Shown piece by piece: positions 1 to 9,106 of a stretch of DNA of 62,508 nucleotides (position 1 is the stretch's first letter; each line of letters starts with the position of its first letter). The notes under the pieces are model-generated. The model was not told the origin of the DNA. It worked only from the letters and a program-made list of their open reading frames with translations, and searched no databases. Origin of the DNA: an uncultured Candidatus Saccharibacteria bacterium. GTDB taxonomy: Bacteria; Patescibacteriota; Doudnabacteria; UBA920. Location: assembly GCA_964348935.1 (NCBI GenBank), contig CAYGEJ010000007.1:1-62508 (forward strand). Direction: 5' to 3'. The position numbers were made by a program, and so were the translations under genes.

Positions 1-124
1 AACACCTGTTACCTTAAGAATACCAAAATGTTACCTTATGGTGTGTAGTCTACAACAACTTGAAAATATAAAGTATTTTTGTTAGTATGAATCGTTAGAA
101 ATTCAAAATCAGCAGGAGTGGAAA

Positions 125-310
125 ATGGATTTGAAAAAGTTGTTGTGCCAGTGTGGGCAGGGGTTACTGGAGCTAGAGCCAAGGTTGTTTGGGTCATCTA
201 ACTCAGCCTTTGTTCAAGAGCTTCAGACTCTCAGTCAAAAAATGGTTAAGCAGTCTTCGACTCATTGCTGTTTGAACTGCGGGACTATTACCATTTGCTT
301 ACCTAAATAA
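125..310 (+). CDS. small Cys-rich (possible zinc-ribbon) hypothetical protein
   Basis: 61-aa ORF with AGGAG upstream, CQCG and CCLNCG motifs, and a hairpin at 338-366 downstream. Confidence 0.5.
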   Translation: MDLKKLLCQCGQGLLELEPRLFGSSNSAFVQELQTLSQKMVKQSSTHCCLNCGTITICLPK

Positions 311-369
311 GCCTGGTGTACGAAAGTCAAAACCAAGGTCGGCGCTTCAATGCATGAAGCGCCGGCAAA

Positions 370-1551
370 TTATTTTAATAAACTGTCTTTCTCTCCAATT
401 GTTTGGAGAATTTTTTTTGCCTCTTCTGTGGTGGCGGGTCTTGGGGTGGAGTAATTTTCAATAATTATCGGAATAAGTTCAATAGATTCAACTTTGGCAG
501 GGGTGCGAGGACCTTGTAAGTCTGACATAGTAGCCGCACCTGGGGTAAGCGAGTTGGAAGTTTGTTCTTTAGAAATTTGAATTTTTAAAGTTAAACCTTC
601 TTTGGTTTCCTTGCTCCATTCTTGGTCAAAAATAAAATTACCAAGGGAGTAAAATATATATTTTTCATTATATTTTTCTATGGTCTGAATCCAATGTGGA
701 TGTGCTCCAATTGCCATATCCGCTCCCGCATCTATGGCAGTATGGGCAAAATCTTTTTGAGCCTGGTTGGGTGTTCTGGTATATTCGGTTCCCGCGTGCA
801 TAGTGGCGACAACAAAGTCGCAGAGCAGTTTTGAATTTGTAATTTGTAACTTTAAGTTTTTAATGTCATCTATTCTTGCAACGTAATCATTTTTAACTTG
901 TCCGCCATCATTTATTGAGGAGTAAGAAGCACCGACAAAACATATTTTTATTCCATTTCTTTCTATAATTGCAGGTGTCCAAGCATCTTTTAAGTTTTCT
1001 CCCGCGCCTGTATGTTTTATTCCAAGTTGATCTAGAGTTGAAATAGTTGTTTTGATACCCACAAGACCTTGGTCTAGCGTATGATTATTGGCTAAGTTTA
1101 AAACATTAAAGTTATAGGTCTTGAGTCCTGACAGTAATTCTTCTGAGGTGCCAAAAATTAAGGAATGACCACCGATAATTGGTTTGGTCGGGGATACAGG
1201 GGATTCTAAGTTGCCAAAGTTAAAATCTGTAGATTTTAAAAGATTTGCTATGTTGCCAAAAGGTAAATTTATATTTCCGGATTTTATAATAGTCCCAGCT
1301 ACGTTTCTGGAGAGCATAATATCGCCAACGGCAAGAAAACTTATTTTGCTTATTGGCTGGCTGGTTGATTCACTGATTTCTTTGCTTTTTTGGTAGTAGC
1401 CTGCTAAAGAATCCTCAGATGGAGTTGCGAAATATTTAATAGTAGTATTTGACCCAAAGGAAAAATCAGGTAAATTATTACGTTGAATAAGCCCTAGTAG
1501 GATTCCTAGAGTAAATAAAATTAGTATTAGTATTTTCCAGTATTTGTGCAT
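370..1551 (-). CDS. CapA/PgsA-family metallophosphoesterase (poly-gamma-glutamate capsule synthesis family), N-terminal TM
   Basis: Motifs AVGDIML, GNLESP, LANNH, MHAGTEY, GAHPHW, YSLGNFIFDQ. Confidence 0.9.
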   Translation of the reverse strand: MHKYWKILILILFTLGILLGLIQRNNLPDFSFGSNTTIKYFATPSEDSLAGYYQKSKEISESTSQPISKISFLAVGDIMLSRNVAGTIIKSGNINLPFGNIANLLKSTDFNFGNLESPVSPTKPIIGGHSLIFGTSEELLSGLKTYNFNVLNLANNHTLDQGLVGIKTTISTLDQLGIKHTGAGENLKDAWTPAIIERNGIKICFVGASYSSINDGGQVKNDYVARIDDIKNLKLQITNSKLLCDFVVATMHAGTEYTRTPNQAQKDFAHTAIDAGADMAIGAHPHWIQTIEKYNEKYIFYSLGNFIFDQEWSKETKEGLTLKIQISKEQTSNSLTPGAATMSDLQGPRTPAKVESIELIPIIIENYSTPRPATTEEAKKILQTIGEKDSLLK

Positions 1552-1556
1552 ATAAA

Positions 1557-2654
1557 TTAGCGTGCCAAAATATACTGCTGTCCTCCCAGGTTTTTAATTC
1601 TGCCTTTCATTTCTAAAAAAGTCAATGCTGAAGTTACATCTTTTGCTTCTAGTCCCGAAGTTTTAATTAAAGTGTCTAACAACATTGGCTCAAAGGATAG
1701 AAGTTTTAAAACACTGGTTTCATTTTTAGAATCGCCAAATAGTAATTGATTAGTTATTTGTTCCGGCAAGGTTGTTAAATTCAAATCCTCGAGAATATCA
1801 TTGGCTGTGGTTACAAGTTTGGCTCCCATTTTGATTAAATTATTTGGACCTTGGCTCTGTAAAGAATAAATAGGTCCTGGAATTGCATAGACTGTTCGGT
1901 TTTGGTCCAGTGCGTGTTTGGCAGTAATTAACGTCCCACTTTGTAAATCGCATTCAATGACTAGAGTCGCAATGGATAGTCCGGAAATTATTCTATTTCT
2001 CGCTACAAAATTCTGTTTAAAATTTGGTGTGCCGATAGGGTATTCGGAAATTAGTGCGCCACCGGAATCTATAATTCGTTTGGCGAGTAGGGCATGATGC
2101 TTTGGGTATAAGCTTGGTTCGTCGAGACCCCCACCCAGTACTGCAATCGTGCGCCGATTTTTTTTAATTGCTTCTTCGTGAGAGGCGGAGTCAACACCAT
2201 ACGCCATACCTGAGACTATTATACTGCCTGCATTAATTAACGGTTCTAGTAGTTGTGGAATTATGGTTCTGCCGTAATTGGTAATTTGTCTGGTGCCGAC
2301 GACAGCCAAGCAAAGCTCATCGGCATCACCTAGTGTTCCCTTGTAGTATAGGATTGGTGGAAACTTTGGAATTTCTAACAGTAATTTGGGATAACTTGGG
2401 TCTTTAAAACTTAAAATCTTGATATGTTCTTTTTCTAGTTTTTCTAGTTCAGCTTCTAGATTTATAGACGCCTTAAGGTTTATAAATTTTCGCACTAGTT
2501 CCAAGTCCACGCCAGCCTGTAATAATTCTGTTTCTGTGGCAGTATATGCAGCTTTAAAACTTGGAAAGTGTTTCGAAAGATGGGCAAGTCTGGCAGGTCC
2601 AAATTGGGGAAGTAAGTTTAAACCATGTAAATATAGAGTGTCTGGATAAATCAT
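1557..2654 (-). CDS. dprA: DNA-processing protein DprA
   Basis: AVVGTR, VSGMAYGVD, SEYP, RNRIISGLS, PGPIYS..GPNNLIKMGA motifs and C-terminal winged helix. Confidence 0.96.
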   Translation of the reverse strand: MIYPDTLYLHGLNLLPQFGPARLAHLSKHFPSFKAAYTATETELLQAGVDLELVRKFINLKASINLEAELEKLEKEHIKILSFKDPSYPKLLLEIPKFPPILYYKGTLGDADELCLAVVGTRQITNYGRTIIPQLLEPLINAGSIIVSGMAYGVDSASHEEAIKKNRRTIAVLGGGLDEPSLYPKHHALLAKRIIDSGGALISEYPIGTPNFKQNFVARNRIISGLSIATLVIECDLQSGTLITAKHALDQNRTVYAIPGPIYSLQSQGPNNLIKMGAKLVTTANDILEDLNLTTLPEQITNQLLFGDSKNETSVLKLLSFEPMLLDTLIKTSGLEAKDVTSALTFLEMKGRIKNLGGQQYILAR

Positions 2655-2683
2655 GATAAATTGCCTTTATTTAAGCTTAGGAC

Positions 2684-2712
2684 TTGACAAAATGCTCCAA
2701 AAAGAGTACAAT
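2684..2712 (+). promoter_or_regulatory. sigma70-type promoter, antisense to pth-dprA
   Basis: TTGACA-17 nt-TACAAT. Confidence 0.6.
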
Positions 2713-2776
2713 TATATATAAAATAAAAATAGCTTCAAGGTGCTTTTTTATTGCCTTAAAAATAGCATATTGTATT

Positions 2777-2893
2777 TAGTACCCTGTTTGCAAGTCGCGA
2801 GAGCCGGTATCATCCCTCCTATTACCGACTTAAACACCAAGTAAAGGTTTGTAGACGATTGTTTGCAGCCTTTCACTTGCAAATGGGGTATTA
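2777..2893 (+). ncRNA. candidate structured small RNA, family unknown
   Basis: 19-bp closing stem (2777-2795/2875-2893) with G-U pairs valid only on the + strand, three inner hairpins; lies between a promoter and a terminator. Confidence 0.45.
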
Positions 2894-2898
2894 CATAC

Positions 2899-2945
2899 AA
2901 AATATCCCTCCGTTCCGATTAATCGGAACGGAGGGATATTTTTTT
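2899..2945. terminator. bidirectional intrinsic terminator
   Basis: AAAATATCCCTCCGTTCCGATTAATCGGAACGGAGGGATATTTT perfect palindrome with A/T tails. Confidence 0.8.
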
Positions 2946-3495
2946 ACTTAATAATAAATTTAACGATCTCTGCTTTTGCATTTGGAAGAATTGTAGCTTT
3001 TAGTTTCGAAAGTTCTTCGTCGGTAAAATTTTGCAAGACAAATGCATCGGTCGGTAGCTCGTCTCGAGTTACTCTGGTTTCTACACCTATACGAATTCGA
3101 TGAAAGTCTTGAGTGCCTAATTTTTCAATAATACTTTTAATACCGTTATGTCCGGCAGCGGAAGAGGATTCCGTTATCTTAATGGTGCCAAAAGGTAAAT
3201 CGACTTCGTCATGTACTACCAAGAGTTCGGTTTTAAAATCTATTTTATAGAAATTACATATTACTTTTAGCGCCTCGCCGGAGTCGTTCATGTAAGTTTG
3301 AGGTTTTAAAAAAATAACCTTGTTGCCATTTTTGTCTGACCAGGTAAAAGTCTCAGATTTAAATTCATGGCTTGGTTTGGCAGTCATAAAGCCGTCGCCG
3401 TCATTTAGTAAATAATCTAAAGCCAAGAACCCGGCGTTATGGCGGGTTAGAGTATATTTTTCTCCTGGGTTTCCTAATCCAACTATTAATTTCAT
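2944..3495 (-). CDS. pth: peptidyl-tRNA hydrolase
   Basis: LIVGLGNPG..Y..TRHNAGF, KPQTYMN.SG, GHNGIKSI. Confidence 0.97.
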   Translation of the reverse strand: MKLIVGLGNPGEKYTLTRHNAGFLALDYLLNDGDGFMTAKPSHEFKSETFTWSDKNGNKVIFLKPQTYMNDSGEALKVICNFYKIDFKTELLVVHDEVDLPFGTIKITESSSAAGHNGIKSIIEKLGTQDFHRIRIGVETRVTRDELPTDAFVLQNFTDEELSKLKATILPNAKAEIVKFIIK

Positions 3496-3567
3496 TTTAA
3501 AATTAGTAATTATTTTATTATAGTGTATAACTAAAAATTGTTTTAAGCTATAGCCTAAAACCTAGAT

Positions 3568-4950
3568 TTACGCTTTGTCTTTACCTCTAATTTTTAGAGT
3601 AATCGGTGTGCCGTAGAAGTCTAATTCTTTGGTAATGGCATTTTCCAAATATTTTCTAAACTGGGTAGAAATTGCGGCAGGGTGGTTGACTACTAGTTCA
3701 AATAATGGAGGGTTGGTTTCTAGTTGGTTCAGACCTAAAACTTTTGGCGGTTTTTGGTCACGGAGCAACTTTGGCGGATTTTCTTTCATTTTCTTTTTTA
3801 GTAAATCTTTTAAGGTTTCGGGTTCCACTGTTTTATTTCTTCTTTGCCAAATTGGTTCTACGGAATTTAATACTTCATCTAAACCGTCGGAGGTAACTGC
3901 TGACACAAAAAATAAAGGACACATCCATAGGAATGGGAAATGGTGGCTAATATAGTCGCGTACGGTTTGATATTTGTCCCCGCGGTTTTTGGTAATGGAT
4001 TTGGTATTTTTTCCTAAGGCACTGGTGTCTTCCAGTAGATCGCATTTATTTGCGAGAATAATACAGCCTTTATCCATAGCAATTATTTCTTGAGCGACAC
4101 GTTGATCTTGTTTGGTAATTTCTTGTGTAGAATCGATAACGAAAAAACAGACATCGCTTCGGCGAATAGCTTTAAAGGTTTGAAAGCCGGAAAAGAGATC
4201 TGGTTCAATTTGGCGATGTTCTTTTTTCTTAAGCCCGGCGGTGTCAATGAAAGTGTAATCCACCCCATTAATTTTAATTCTGCTGTCTATGGCAGTTCTG
4301 GTGGTCCCGGCAATTGGGGAGACTACAACCCGTTCTTCTTTGAGGATGGAGTTGAATATGCTGGATTTGCCAACATTTGGTTTTCCGACAATGCTAATAG
4401 CAATACCAGTATCCTTGGATTTTTTATTCTGGTGTAGATTGAGTTTGGTTAAAGTTTCAGTAATATTTTCTAGCATATCGCCCATGCCGACTCCGCTGAC
4501 CGAGGATACAGGGAATACCTCTTTAATGCCAAGTTTTTGAAACTCGCCTAATTTTTCATCGTGACTTCTGGCGGAGTCCAGTTTGTTTACAACCAAGATT
4601 AAGGGTTTCTTGTGGCGACGGAATTTTTTAATCGCTTCATTGCTGACTGCGCTAACAGGTTCTTTGCCATCCACAACGAATACTACAATATCCGCTTCTT
4701 CTAAAGCCACATCTATCTGTTTTAGTAGACTCATTTCCAAACCCTCTTTGCCGTGTAGGTCGAGTCCAGCAGTGTCTACCAAAGTAAAATCTACACCACT
4801 CCAAGTAGTGTCGACATATTGACGGTCGCGAGTCGTGCCTGCAACGTCTGAAGTAACGGCTAGTGGTTTCCTAATTATTTTGTTGATTAAAGTTGATTTG
4901 CCGGCATTTGGTTGTCCAACAATTGCAACTAAGGGTAGATTTTCTTTCAT
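3568..4950 (-). CDS. der: ribosome biogenesis GTPase Der (EngA)
   Basis: Two G domains (GQPNAGKS, GKPNVGKS, two DTAG) plus KH-like tail; start moved to MKENLP at 4950 to avoid overlap with the LCP gene. Confidence 0.96.
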   Translation of the reverse strand: MKENLPLVAIVGQPNAGKSTLINKIIRKPLAVTSDVAGTTRDRQYVDTTWSGVDFTLVDTAGLDLHGKEGLEMSLLKQIDVALEEADIVVFVVDGKEPVSAVSNEAIKKFRRHKKPLILVVNKLDSARSHDEKLGEFQKLGIKEVFPVSSVSGVGMGDMLENITETLTKLNLHQNKKSKDTGIAISIVGKPNVGKSSIFNSILKEERVVVSPIAGTTRTAIDSRIKINGVDYTFIDTAGLKKKEHRQIEPDLFSGFQTFKAIRRSDVCFFVIDSTQEITKQDQRVAQEIIAMDKGCIILANKCDLLEDTSALGKNTKSITKNRGDKYQTVRDYISHHFPFLWMCPLFFVSAVTSDGLDEVLNSVEPIWQRRNKTVEPETLKDLLKKKMKENPPKLLRDQKPPKVLGLNQLETNPPLFELVVNHPAAISTQFRKYLENAITKELDFYGTPITLKIRGKDKA

Positions 4951-4954
4951 AGGT

Positions 4955-6487
4955 TTATTTGTTCTGTTTAGAAACCGGGGTTGATGAAGTAGATAAGCTA
5001 TTGATAGTAGAAGTTGTAGTAGTGGGGATTCTCGCAGGAGGAGGAATGTATCTTGGAGGTTCTGCTTCAACCGGCGCATTTTGTCCAAGTACAATAATTA
5101 TATCCACTTTATCTTTTGAAACGGTTACACCCGGCGGAGGGAGGTTTGCCTCAGTGGCTTTCAATTCATTTTTTAAATATTCTGCTGTTGCTGGTTTAGG
5201 GTTAGCTTGGTAAAGAATTGTTTGAGACAGGTTATCTTTAGTATAAGCAAGTTGGTAAACTTGGATTCCGGCTTCTGTGAGTTTGCGAAATGCGGTGTTG
5301 TAAGCTTGTGTGTTTGAAGTGGAGTTTGCCAGCCAGACAACGCTTTTTTCTGCAGCGAGATCTCCGATGGCAAAGCTATTTTTAAAATAATTTTTAATAC
5401 TCTCTTCGCTTTTACAGGGGACTAGAACGTAAGCTCCGTTGGAAGCAAGAATTTGAGGACAGACCAAACCGGTTTCCGGATCCAAGCTTAAAGATGTAGT
5501 CCGCATTTCTTTATCTTTGATGAGGTGATATATTCTATATAAAGCGTTTGGTCTAATATTGGTATGAAAATGGTCTGCAAAAACACTAAGTAACTGATTA
5601 ATATTATTAGCACTGGAAATTATATTGCCACCTAAAACCTTTTGTTTGAATGCTTCTATAATTTTTTGCTGTCTTAAACTTCTTGCAAAGTCGCTTCCTT
5701 CTATTCCGGCTGCATGTCTAGAACGGGCAAACTGCAAAGCCCTTGTACCATCTAGATGTTCATTGCCTTCTTTAAAAGTTATTGGCGGTAGATAGCCGAG
5801 TTTGCTGTCGGGATAGTTGTAGTCGGTAAAAGAATTTTGAATAGTGACGTTAATTCCACCGACTTGGTTTATAGCTTTTTCAAATCCCGAAAAATCCATA
5901 ACTGCAAAATAGGGCACTGTGAGTCCGGACATATTTTCTACAACCGTTCGTGCCCACTTGCCGGCATTGTCCCAGTCTTCGCCTCTGCTAAAGTACCCGT
6001 AGGAAAATGCAGCATTAATTTTTTGTTCAGATTTGTCCGGTAACTTAACCCAGTAGTCTCTGGGAATAGATGTTAGTGAGATTTGTCCTATATCTGGACG
6101 AATTTGAGCGAGAATCATGGTATCTGTAAGTAGTGGGCCGTCGTGCCCTTCGCCGCCTATACCTAAAAGCAGGATATTTATTTGTCCTAAGTCTTCGCCA
6201 ATAAGCCGTTCGCTACTTCCACCACCCCGAATTACGTCGGTGATCATAGATAAAAACGTCGTTTTATTTCCAACGAAAATTTTCTGCGATATGTTAGCTG
6301 CTCGAATAGTTACAGTAGCAACAAGAATTATTATTACAAGAATAATCAAGCCAATAATTCTTTTAAGAATGCTTTTCGATCCTTTTTTTTGCTTGGTATT
6401 CAGCAGGTTTATTGGACTAGGGCGGGTGCCACCCGAGTACACTGTAACCTTCGGAGCTTTATTGTTAATGGAGTCAATATTTTTCAT
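4955..6487 (-). CDS. LCP (LytR-CpsA-Psr) family protein with LytR_C-like domain
   Basis: TM helix, then NILLLG, TDTMIL, SIPRD, KINAA, ALQFARSR, SDFARSLRQQ. Confidence 0.92.
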   Translation of the reverse strand: MKNIDSINNKAPKVTVYSGGTRPSPINLLNTKQKKGSKSILKRIIGLIILVIIILVATVTIRAANISQKIFVGNKTTFLSMITDVIRGGGSSERLIGEDLGQINILLLGIGGEGHDGPLLTDTMILAQIRPDIGQISLTSIPRDYWVKLPDKSEQKINAAFSYGYFSRGEDWDNAGKWARTVVENMSGLTVPYFAVMDFSGFEKAINQVGGINVTIQNSFTDYNYPDSKLGYLPPITFKEGNEHLDGTRALQFARSRHAAGIEGSDFARSLRQQKIIEAFKQKVLGGNIISSANNINQLLSVFADHFHTNIRPNALYRIYHLIKDKEMRTTSLSLDPETGLVCPQILASNGAYVLVPCKSEESIKNYFKNSFAIGDLAAEKSVVWLANSTSNTQAYNTAFRKLTEAGIQVYQLAYTKDNLSQTILYQANPKPATAEYLKNELKATEANLPPPGVTVSKDKVDIIIVLGQNAPVEAEPPRYIPPPARIPTTTTSTINSLSTSSTPVSKQNK

Positions 6488-6558
6488 TAATTTTATCTAT
6501 GACTTTACATCTAATTATACCCGAAATCGCAGGATAAGTTAAGCCTTTAAATGAAATC

Positions 6559-6587
6559 TTGCAATGGTCTAAAAAACAGGTTATATT
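6559..6587 (+). promoter_or_regulatory. putative promoter of the tRNA-Val locus
   Basis: TTGCAA-17 nt-TATATT. Confidence 0.45.
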
Positions 6588-6647
6588 TCAGCAAGGTGAG
6601 TAGATTTTTTGTTGCATTGCTCACAGTCTTGCCTTGTTAAATATTTT

Positions 6648-6840
6648 GGTCATATAGCTCATTTGGTTAGAGCGTTGCATTTACACCTGCCCGACTTTGA
6701 ATGGACCCGTAGCTCAGTTGGTTAGAGCGTACGATTCACATTCGTAAGGTCAGTGGTTCAAATCCACTCGGGTCCACCATTACAAAGTCCAGTCAGGCGG
6801 GTTGCAGAGGTCTCTGGTTCGAACCCAGATACGACCACCA
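6648..6840 (+). tRNA. tRNA-Val(TAC), interrupted at position 37/38 by a 116-nt insert (exons 6648-6685 and 6802-6840)
   Basis: Joined exons give a 77-nt cloverleaf: acceptor GGTCATA/TACGACC (one A-C mismatch), D-arm GCTC/GAGC, anticodon stem TTGCA/TGCAG with loop TT-TAC-A|T, T-arm TCTGG-TTCGAAC-CCAGA, ACCA end. Confidence 0.85.
6703..6779 (+). tRNA. tRNA-Val(CAC), nested inside the insert of tRNA-Val(TAC)
   Basis: Intact 77-nt cloverleaf: GGACCCG/CGGGTCC acceptor, TACGA-TTCACAT-TCGTA anticodon arm, AGTGG-TTCAAAT-CCACT T-arm, ACCA. Confidence 0.95.
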
Positions 6841-6843
6841 CTT

Positions 6844-6871
6844 CTTCGTCCGCCTGAGGCGGACTACGAAG
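6844..6871. repeat. REP-like GC-rich palindrome just downstream of the tRNA
   Basis: CTTCGTCCGCCTGAGGCGGACTACGAAG; core TCCGCC-n-GGCGGA recurs at about 52334. Confidence 0.6.
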
Positions 6872-7101
6872 TGCAAGCATAAAATTAATAGTGGATAAGC
6901 TATTAAATATAGTACGAAGAAGTGCCCTTCCAAGCTTTAGCGTTAGGGCAGGATTATATACTTTGAACCCTTTACAAAGTCTGTATTATCCGTAAAATAA
7001 GAATACGAGATTTAAATACATTGGAAGAAGCCTGAAGGGTAAATACTGAAAGTGGTGGATTAATTTTTTAAGACATTTTATATAATTTTAAACAAAAATA
7101 T

Positions 7102-7725
7102 ATGACAGCTTCTAATGGAGTGGAACAAGAAGGAAACAAAAATCAAGAATTGGAAATCCAAAATAGTAACCAGTCACAGTCGGTCGGATCTTTTATTTGG
7201 GATTTGGTTAAAATTTTAATTATCGCAGTAATAATTATTGTGCCATTTCGGACTTTTGTTGCTGAACCATTTGTAGTGTCCGGTGCTTCCATGCTTCCGA
7301 ATTATCATAATGGTGATTATTTGATTATTGACCGCCTTTCCTACTTAACCGGAAGTCCAAAAAGAGGAGATGTGATTGTATTAAGATATCCTAAAGATAA
7401 TACACAGTTTTTTATCAAAAGAATTATTGGTCTCCCAGGTGAAACTGTAAAATTAATTCAAGGTCATGTAGTGATTATAAATAAGGAATATCCCGAAGGT
7501 TTGAAGTTGAATGAACCATATTTAGCCAGTGCAGTTGAAACTCTTGGAAAACTTGACCCGACCAAGCTGGGTAGCGGTGAGTATTATGTGCTGGGAGACA
7601 ATAGGACTGCCAGTTCTGATTCTAGAGTCTGGGGGATTTTACCTGAGGATGATATTGTTGGAAGAGTTTGGGCAAGAGTATACCATTTTAACCAAGCCGG
7701 TTTTATTAAAACTCCAACTTATTAA
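7102..7725 (+). CDS. lepB: signal peptidase I
   Basis: SGASMLPN catalytic Ser box, FIKRIIGLPGE, LGDNR..SSDSR. Confidence 0.96.
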   Translation: MTASNGVEQEGNKNQELEIQNSNQSQSVGSFIWDLVKILIIAVIIIVPFRTFVAEPFVVSGASMLPNYHNGDYLIIDRLSYLTGSPKRGDVIVLRYPKDNTQFFIKRIIGLPGETVKLIQGHVVIINKEYPEGLKLNEPYLASAVETLGKLDPTKLGSGEYYVLGDNRTASSDSRVWGILPEDDIVGRVWARVYHFNQAGFIKTPTY

Positions 7726-7776
7726 TTAAAGTGGAATGCTTAAAGCCACTTTTAACTTCTAACTTTTACCATATTT

Positions 7777-9075
7777 ATGGGTCGTCCAAAAAAAAATCAG
7801 AATACAGCCAGTAGTTATGTGCCAAAAAAGGTTCAGGGTTTAGAAGCCTTGGAAGATATTATTCCTGAGACAGATCAACTTTGGGGTGCTTTACTTAAGC
7901 GCGTCGCCAGATTTTCCAGGGTCTATGGTTTTGAACGAGTGGAAACTCCGTTACTTGAAGATGCTAGACTTTATGAATTATTTAACAAAACCACGCCAAA
8001 ACAGACTCAACAAGTGGTTTCCGTGCAGTTGCCAGGAAAGCCCGTAGCCTTAAGACCGGATTTTTTGCCGAGTATTTTAAGAAGCTACTATGAACATAAA
8101 ATTTATGAAAAATCTGCCTTGAGCAAATGGGGTTACGGCGGATTTGTGATAAAGCAGGATAAAGAGGGTCAGTTGATTAACGATTATCAGTTTGGTTATG
8201 AAGTCTTCGGTTTATTTAACCATTTAACCGAAGCTCAAGTGATTGGTGGGGTTTGGGAATTGTTGCAAAGTTTAGGGTTGAAAGATGCAACTTTGGAGAT
8301 TAATCATATCGGGCAAGAATCTTGTCAGCTTGCATACGGACAAACATTGCAAGAGTTTTTAGCACCAAAAAAGTATCAACTTTGTGATGATTGTAACGAG
8401 CATTTAAGCGGACGTGTATTAAATGTTTTGCGATGTACTAATTTAGACTGCCAAGCCCTATTTAGCGAAGGTCCAGCGGTTTTGGATTTCCTCGATGAAG
8501 ATGCTCGCAAGCATTTTACGAATATTTTGGAAGCTTTAGACGAATTAGGAATTCCATACCAGTTAAACCCACTTTACGCCGGGCCAGACGGACATAGTAG
8601 GACTAATTTAGTTATTAAGTACAAACACAAAAACGAAAGTATTATTTTAGGCGAGGGTGGTTATCATGACAGTCTAATTCAGAATCTTTGTGGTAAGAAT
8701 TACTGTTGTTTTGGTTTTACAGGAAGCTTGAGTAAGATTAAGGAATTATTGGACTCCAATAAGGTTGAAGTTAGTAAAGAACAACATAACGACGTATTTT
8801 TGGTTCCATTAGGTGAGTTGGCTGCTAAAAAAGCTTTGCGTTTGTTTAAAGATTTATCTTCTGCACAAATTTCAGTGTATGACCATTTCGGTAACGCGGG
8901 CGTAAAAAATCAACTCAAAGCCGCGGAAGCCTATCACGCGCCAATTGCTTTAATTATGGGACAAAAGGAAGCAATGGATGAAATGGTTATTTTACGCGAC
9001 GTGAGAAGTGGAATGCAAGAAGTTATTTCTTATGATAAAATAGTACAAGAAGTTAAAAAGAGATTGGAACGTTAA
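7777..9075 (+). CDS. histidyl-tRNA synthetase-like paralogue with degenerate catalytic motifs
   Basis: HisRS layout (YGFERVETP, LRPD, QFGYE, C-terminal anticodon-binding domain) but the motif 2 and motif 3 Arg residues and RGLDYY are missing. Confidence 0.8.
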   Translation: MGRPKKNQNTASSYVPKKVQGLEALEDIIPETDQLWGALLKRVARFSRVYGFERVETPLLEDARLYELFNKTTPKQTQQVVSVQLPGKPVALRPDFLPSILRSYYEHKIYEKSALSKWGYGGFVIKQDKEGQLINDYQFGYEVFGLFNHLTEAQVIGGVWELLQSLGLKDATLEINHIGQESCQLAYGQTLQEFLAPKKYQLCDDCNEHLSGRVLNVLRCTNLDCQALFSEGPAVLDFLDEDARKHFTNILEALDELGIPYQLNPLYAGPDGHSRTNLVIKYKHKNESIILGEGGYHDSLIQNLCGKNYCCFGFTGSLSKIKELLDSNKVEVSKEQHNDVFLVPLGELAAKKALRLFKDLSSAQISVYDHFGNAGVKNQLKAAEAYHAPIALIMGQKEAMDEMVILRDVRSGMQEVISYDKIVQEVKKRLER

Positions 9076-9106
9076 TATTAATTAACTGGTCAACATATAA
9101 ATTTTT

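Noticed and set aside
4951..5094. N-terminal extension of Der in the ORF track
   Set aside because: It overlaps the 3' end of the LCP gene; Der homology starts at MKENLP (4950).
6686..6801. Group I or group II intron in tRNA-Val(TAC)
   Set aside because: Only 39 nt remain outside the inner tRNA, so there is no room for a ribozyme core and none of its conserved elements are visible.
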